Positions 60,301-64,000 of a stretch of 64,000 bases of DNA are shown here, piece by piece (position 1 is the first letter of the stretch; every line of letters begins with the position of its first letter). This DNA is from Felis catus (taxonomy: Eukaryota). Below the pieces are notes generated by a model that saw only the letters and a list, made by a program, of their open reading frames with translations, had not been told where the DNA came from and made no database searches. The stretch lies in NCBI RefSeq assembly GCF_018350175.1, contig NC_058371.1, positions 163,060,001 to 163,124,000 on the forward strand. The letters are read 5' to 3'. Both the position numbers and the translations under genes were made by a program.

Positions 60301-62152
60301 TGTTGGAACTTGTCCCAGCTCAGATTCTATTTTTAATAAAGTGTGGTGCATTGTTTTTCAAAGGTTACCAAATTTTTTACTGATGGAAATAAGATCTTTA
60401 TGTTTCTATACCTCCAGACCCTGTGATTTACCACCATTGATAAGTTCTTTTGTTCAGCATCTGGTCATGGAGTAATTATTCTCAGTGCCTCCCACTTGCC
60501 TTTTGTGCCTGTGGGCTGGGTGCTAGCAGTGGGAGTGTAGGCGCTGGGATTTGTAGTGTACCTTGCAATTTGCATGGTGCTGATGACATTCCCAGTTTTG
60601 CTTGATTCTCCCTGTTACCCTGAGTAGTGGGTTGGCCCGATTCCAGCTCCTCCCCCACCCACACCCTCCCCAGCCAGGAAACCAAGGCCAAGAGAGAAGA
60701 GTGACCAAAACCAAAGGCAAATTCACACTGGGAGGAAAAAATGGCCAAATACAGTCTGAATTGTGTGCTGTGGGCTCGAGATAACTGGTCTGCAGGATAT
60801 TAGTTTGCTAATTTTCATTAACTTTCTTTTTTTTATAGTTTTTTTCAATGTTTATTTTTGAGAGAAAGAGAGTGTGAGTGGGGGAGAGTCAGAGAGAGAA
60901 GGACACACAGAATCTGAAGCAGGATCCAGGCTCTGAGCTGTCAGCACAGAGCCTGATGTGGGGCTTGAACTCACAAACCATGAGATCATGACCTGAGCCT
61001 AAGTCGGACACTTAACCGACTGAGCCACCCAGGCGCCCCCATTAACTTTCTTTAATGACAAAAATAACAATACCCAGTGTAAAAAGGGTGAATAGTTGGG
61101 AAGAGAACACGGAAAGCCCCTTGGTGGCCTCCTCAGTTCCCAGCCCTGCTCCTAGACCCTGGTGACTAGTGTTCATAATTTCCCAAGTATTCTTCAAGGG
61201 GTTTCCATTAGAATGTAGGCACAGAGGGGCGCCTGGGTGGCTCCGTTGAGCATCTGACTTTTGATTTCATGATCGTGAAATCAAATCAGGTCAAATCGGG
61301 ACATGATCTCTCAGTTTGTGGGTTTGAGCTTCACGTCGGGCTCTGCACTGACACCGCGAGCCTGCTTCGGATCCTCTCTGTGCCTCCCTCACTCAGGCAC
61401 GCACACGTGTTCTCTGCCTCTCTCTCTCATTAACAACAACAAAAAAAAATTTAGGCATTAAACACAGGCCTGGTCTGCGTGTGCTGTGTGCCTCAGATAT
61501 AAGTGCTGGGCACAAAGCAGGGCTCGGTGTCTGTTGATTAAATTGAGTGGCATCTCCAGCATCATCCTGCACGTTGTCACTCGCCAGCACGTTTCTACTT
61601 ATTGCTCTATCTTGGACCGATTTTCATAGTGGGACTTGTATGGCAACCTTACTTCTTTAAATAGCTGCATGGTATTCCATTGTATGGATCACTATAACTT
61701 TTTAACCAGTCCAAGCTGTTTCTGACTTTTTCTGTCACAAACCTTGCTCTGAGGGCCCTCTGAGACATTGACTGAGGGCCCTCTGGGAACAACATTGGTT
61801 GTTCCCCTTGATATCCATTTTCCAGTTCTTTTTTTGTTTCTTGTTTTTTAATGTTTATTTATTTTTGAGAGAGAGGAAGAGAAAGAGAGAGAGAGAGAGA
61901 CCGAGCAGAGGAGGGACAGAGGGAGAGAAGGGGACAGAGGATCCAAAGTAGCCTCTGCACTGACAGCAGACGGCCTGATGCAGGGCTTGAACTTACAAGC
62001 CGTGAGATCATGGCCTGAGCCGAAGTCACACGCTCAAACGACTGAGCCACCCAGGCACCCATTTTCCATTTCTGATGTTAGCTGGTCATGGCCGCTGACA
62101 CCTGCCACGTCCCCTTGTAGTAGGTATGGGTCCCCAGGTGGGGGGTGGAGGT

Positions 62153-62584
62153 TGTGTGGGTGAAGTTTCCTGTTGCTGCTATAAAAAATTACCACAGACT
62201 TCAGAGCTTCATTTGAAGCTCCACAGGTCAAAAATCCTAAAGTCAAGGTTCCGGCTAGCCCCACACCTTCTAGAGGCTCTAGGAGAGAATGCATTTCCTT
62301 GCCTTTTCCAGTTTCTAGAAGCTGCCTACATTCCGTCGCCCAGGAACTCTCGGAACTCTGCTTCTGTTGTCATGTCTTCTCACTGACTCTTGCCTCTCAC
62401 CTCCCTCTCCTGAGGACCCTCCCTTGTGGTTACACTGGGCCCACCCAGATAATCCAGTGTGATGTCCCCATCTGAAGGTCCTTAAATTAACTGTACCTGC
62501 ACAGTCCCTTTTGCCATGTAAGGTAACAGGTTCACAGATTCCAGGGATTAGGGTGTGGGGGGGGCCATTATTCTTTCTGTCACA
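62153..62584 (-). mobile_element. MLT1 solo LTR
   Basis: AGTTTCCTGTTGCTGCTATAAAAAATTACCACAGACTT...GATTAGGGTGTG...CCATTATTC..CACA. Confidence 0.82.
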
Positions 62585-62599
62585 GGGACTACCAGAGCC

Positions 62600-63470
62600 T
62601 GGGGGTAGTCAGTGAAGAATGCCCTGAGAAGGATGAGGGGGTACGGGCAGGTGAAGAAGCTGAGGAAGAGCCTTCAGGTGGTGAGTGGGATGGAATTTGA
62701 GGTGTCCTGATCTGTATGAGGAATGGAACGAAAGGCTGTTGTGACAGCCAAGTGTACAAGGGACTGGGTGTTGAGAGGTGACGCTGGAGACAGCAGGGGA
62801 AGTCACTGGAGGGTTTTAGAGTAGCTTTGTATTTACAAAGAACACTTGTGCTGCCATGATGACAGTGGGGTTAGAGGTGGGTATGGAGGGTGTTGGAGGC
62901 CACATAGGAGGCTGTCGTAATTCAGGTGGGAGATGCTGGGGACCTTGCCTTGCTCGTGGCAGAAGATGAAAGAGAAGCAGATGGCTCTGAGAGATTGAAA
63001 CCACAGACATGGTAGTGGGTGGGTCGGGCGAGACCCCCAGGCTAGACCAAGCGTCGGCCAAGAAGGTGGCAGCATTGTCATTTGTGGCGAAATACCAGGA
63101 AAGGGTTGGAATTGGGGGGAAGGAGAAGGGAATGCTCTAATTTGGAGTAGATTGATTTTGAGGGCCTATGAGACAAGCCAGTGGAAATGTCAATATTCAT
63201 CCAGTCTGAATGAGCTCAGAAGTTTTCTGGAATGAAGATGAAATTGGAAATGATAGCTGCTGATTGATGCCACATGAGTGGTTATTGCCTGGACCCTACA
63301 GAGAGGCATGGAGAAGAGGGAAGAGGGCCTCAGTGCTTGTAGAAAGCCCAGGGTAGCTAAAAGCGCCCTCTGTAGTTGGCAATGTTTCGAGCTCATCAGG
63401 GGTGAAGTGGAGATAGAATCCAGATGAAGAAATGTGGAGGTGAAGAAACAGAAGAATCTTAAACAGTATT
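62600..63470 (+). mobile_element. L2 LINE fragments
   Basis: Purine-rich L2-like phrases (TAATTCAGGTGGGAGATGCTGGGG; GATTTTGAGGGCCTATGAGACA..CCAGTGGAAATGTCA). Confidence 0.6.
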
Positions 63471-63489
63471 ATGGAAAACTTCCCAAAAT

Positions 63490-63996
63490 TGTATTAGCTT
63501 CCTATTGCTGCTATAAGAAATTAGGATTGACTTAGTGCCTTAAACAACACAAATTTCTTGTCTTATAGTTCCGGAGGTCAAAGACCTGAAATTGGCCTCC
63601 CGGAGCTAACATATAGGATGTATAAATTTGAGTTCTTCCTGGAGGTTCCAGCAGAGACTGTTCCTTGCCTTTTCCAGCTTCTGGAGGTTGCGTGTGCTCC
63701 TTGGCTCCTGGCCCCCTTCCTTCGTCTTCAGAACTAGCAAGGGCCAGTTGAGTCCTTCACACATGGCGTCACTCTGATCTGTCGGTCTGCGTGTTTCCCA
63801 CTTTTAAGGATGCTTGTGATAACATTGGGCCCGCCAAGATAATCTGGGACAGTCCTCCTATTTTAAGGTCAACTCATAAGCAAATTAATCCCATCTACAA
63901 GCTGAATTTTCCTTAGCCATGCAAGGTAATGTATTCACAAGTTCTGGGGATTAGGACATAGACATCTTTGGGGCACCATTACTCTGCCAGTACACA
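63490..63996 (-). mobile_element. MLT1 solo LTR
   Basis: TGTATTAGCTTCCTATTGCTGCTATAA...CTTAAACAACACAAATTT...GGATTAGGACATAGACATCTTTGGGG..CATT. Confidence 0.85.
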
Positions 63997-64000
63997 TATA

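Larger units (their letters stand above)
49430..62060. mobile_element. Can-SINEs in USP46 intron 1 (~49430-49630 -, 50654-50870 +, 53395-53618 -, 54015-54129 -, 55070-55630 triple -, 56345-56549 -, 57655-57840 +, 57962-58060 +, 58515-58728 -, 59485-59706 -, 60830-61038 -, 61227-61450 +, 61830-62060 -)
   Basis: SINE consensus segments read directly; coordinates approximate. Confidence 0.88.

Noticed and set aside
44704-64000. USP46 exon 2 (GTNASALEK...)
   Set aside because: Not found by reading; human intron 1 is longer than the ~19 kb available, so it probably lies beyond the window.

Overview
Mammalian genomic DNA from a felid, judged by the dense tRNA-derived Can-SINE/SINEC_Fc copies, with two N gaps. 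It matches the human 4q12 DANCR-USP46 interval in reverse orientation; the gene identifications come from my recall of human sequences, not from a database search. Left to right: (1) a CpG-rich housekeeping-type promoter (~1.6-1.95 kb, + strand), followed by a frameshifted GVQW3-like/mariner-transposase-derived exon (4291-4715) and a strong poly(A) signal (6568). Together these look like a disabled domesticated-transposase transcription unit. (2) The lncRNA DANCR on the - strand (~8.36-10.5 kb), with its intronic H/ACA snoRNA SNORA26 (9620-9739) and a CpG island carrying a 10-bp-period tandem repeat. (3) A repeat-rich intergenic stretch containing a decayed but structurally complete class I (gamma-type) ERV (28055-35845) with two LTRs, a tRNA-Leu PBS and gag/pro/pol/env remnants. 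(4) The USP46 CpG island, first coding exon (MTVRNIASICNM, 44668-44703) preceded by two short uORFs, an alternative first coding exon (MNCFQ, 47240-47254), and ~19 kb of intron 1. Most ORFs in the supplied track are artefacts of SINEs, GC-rich islands or N gaps. Repeat boundaries are approximate and family names are by-eye calls.
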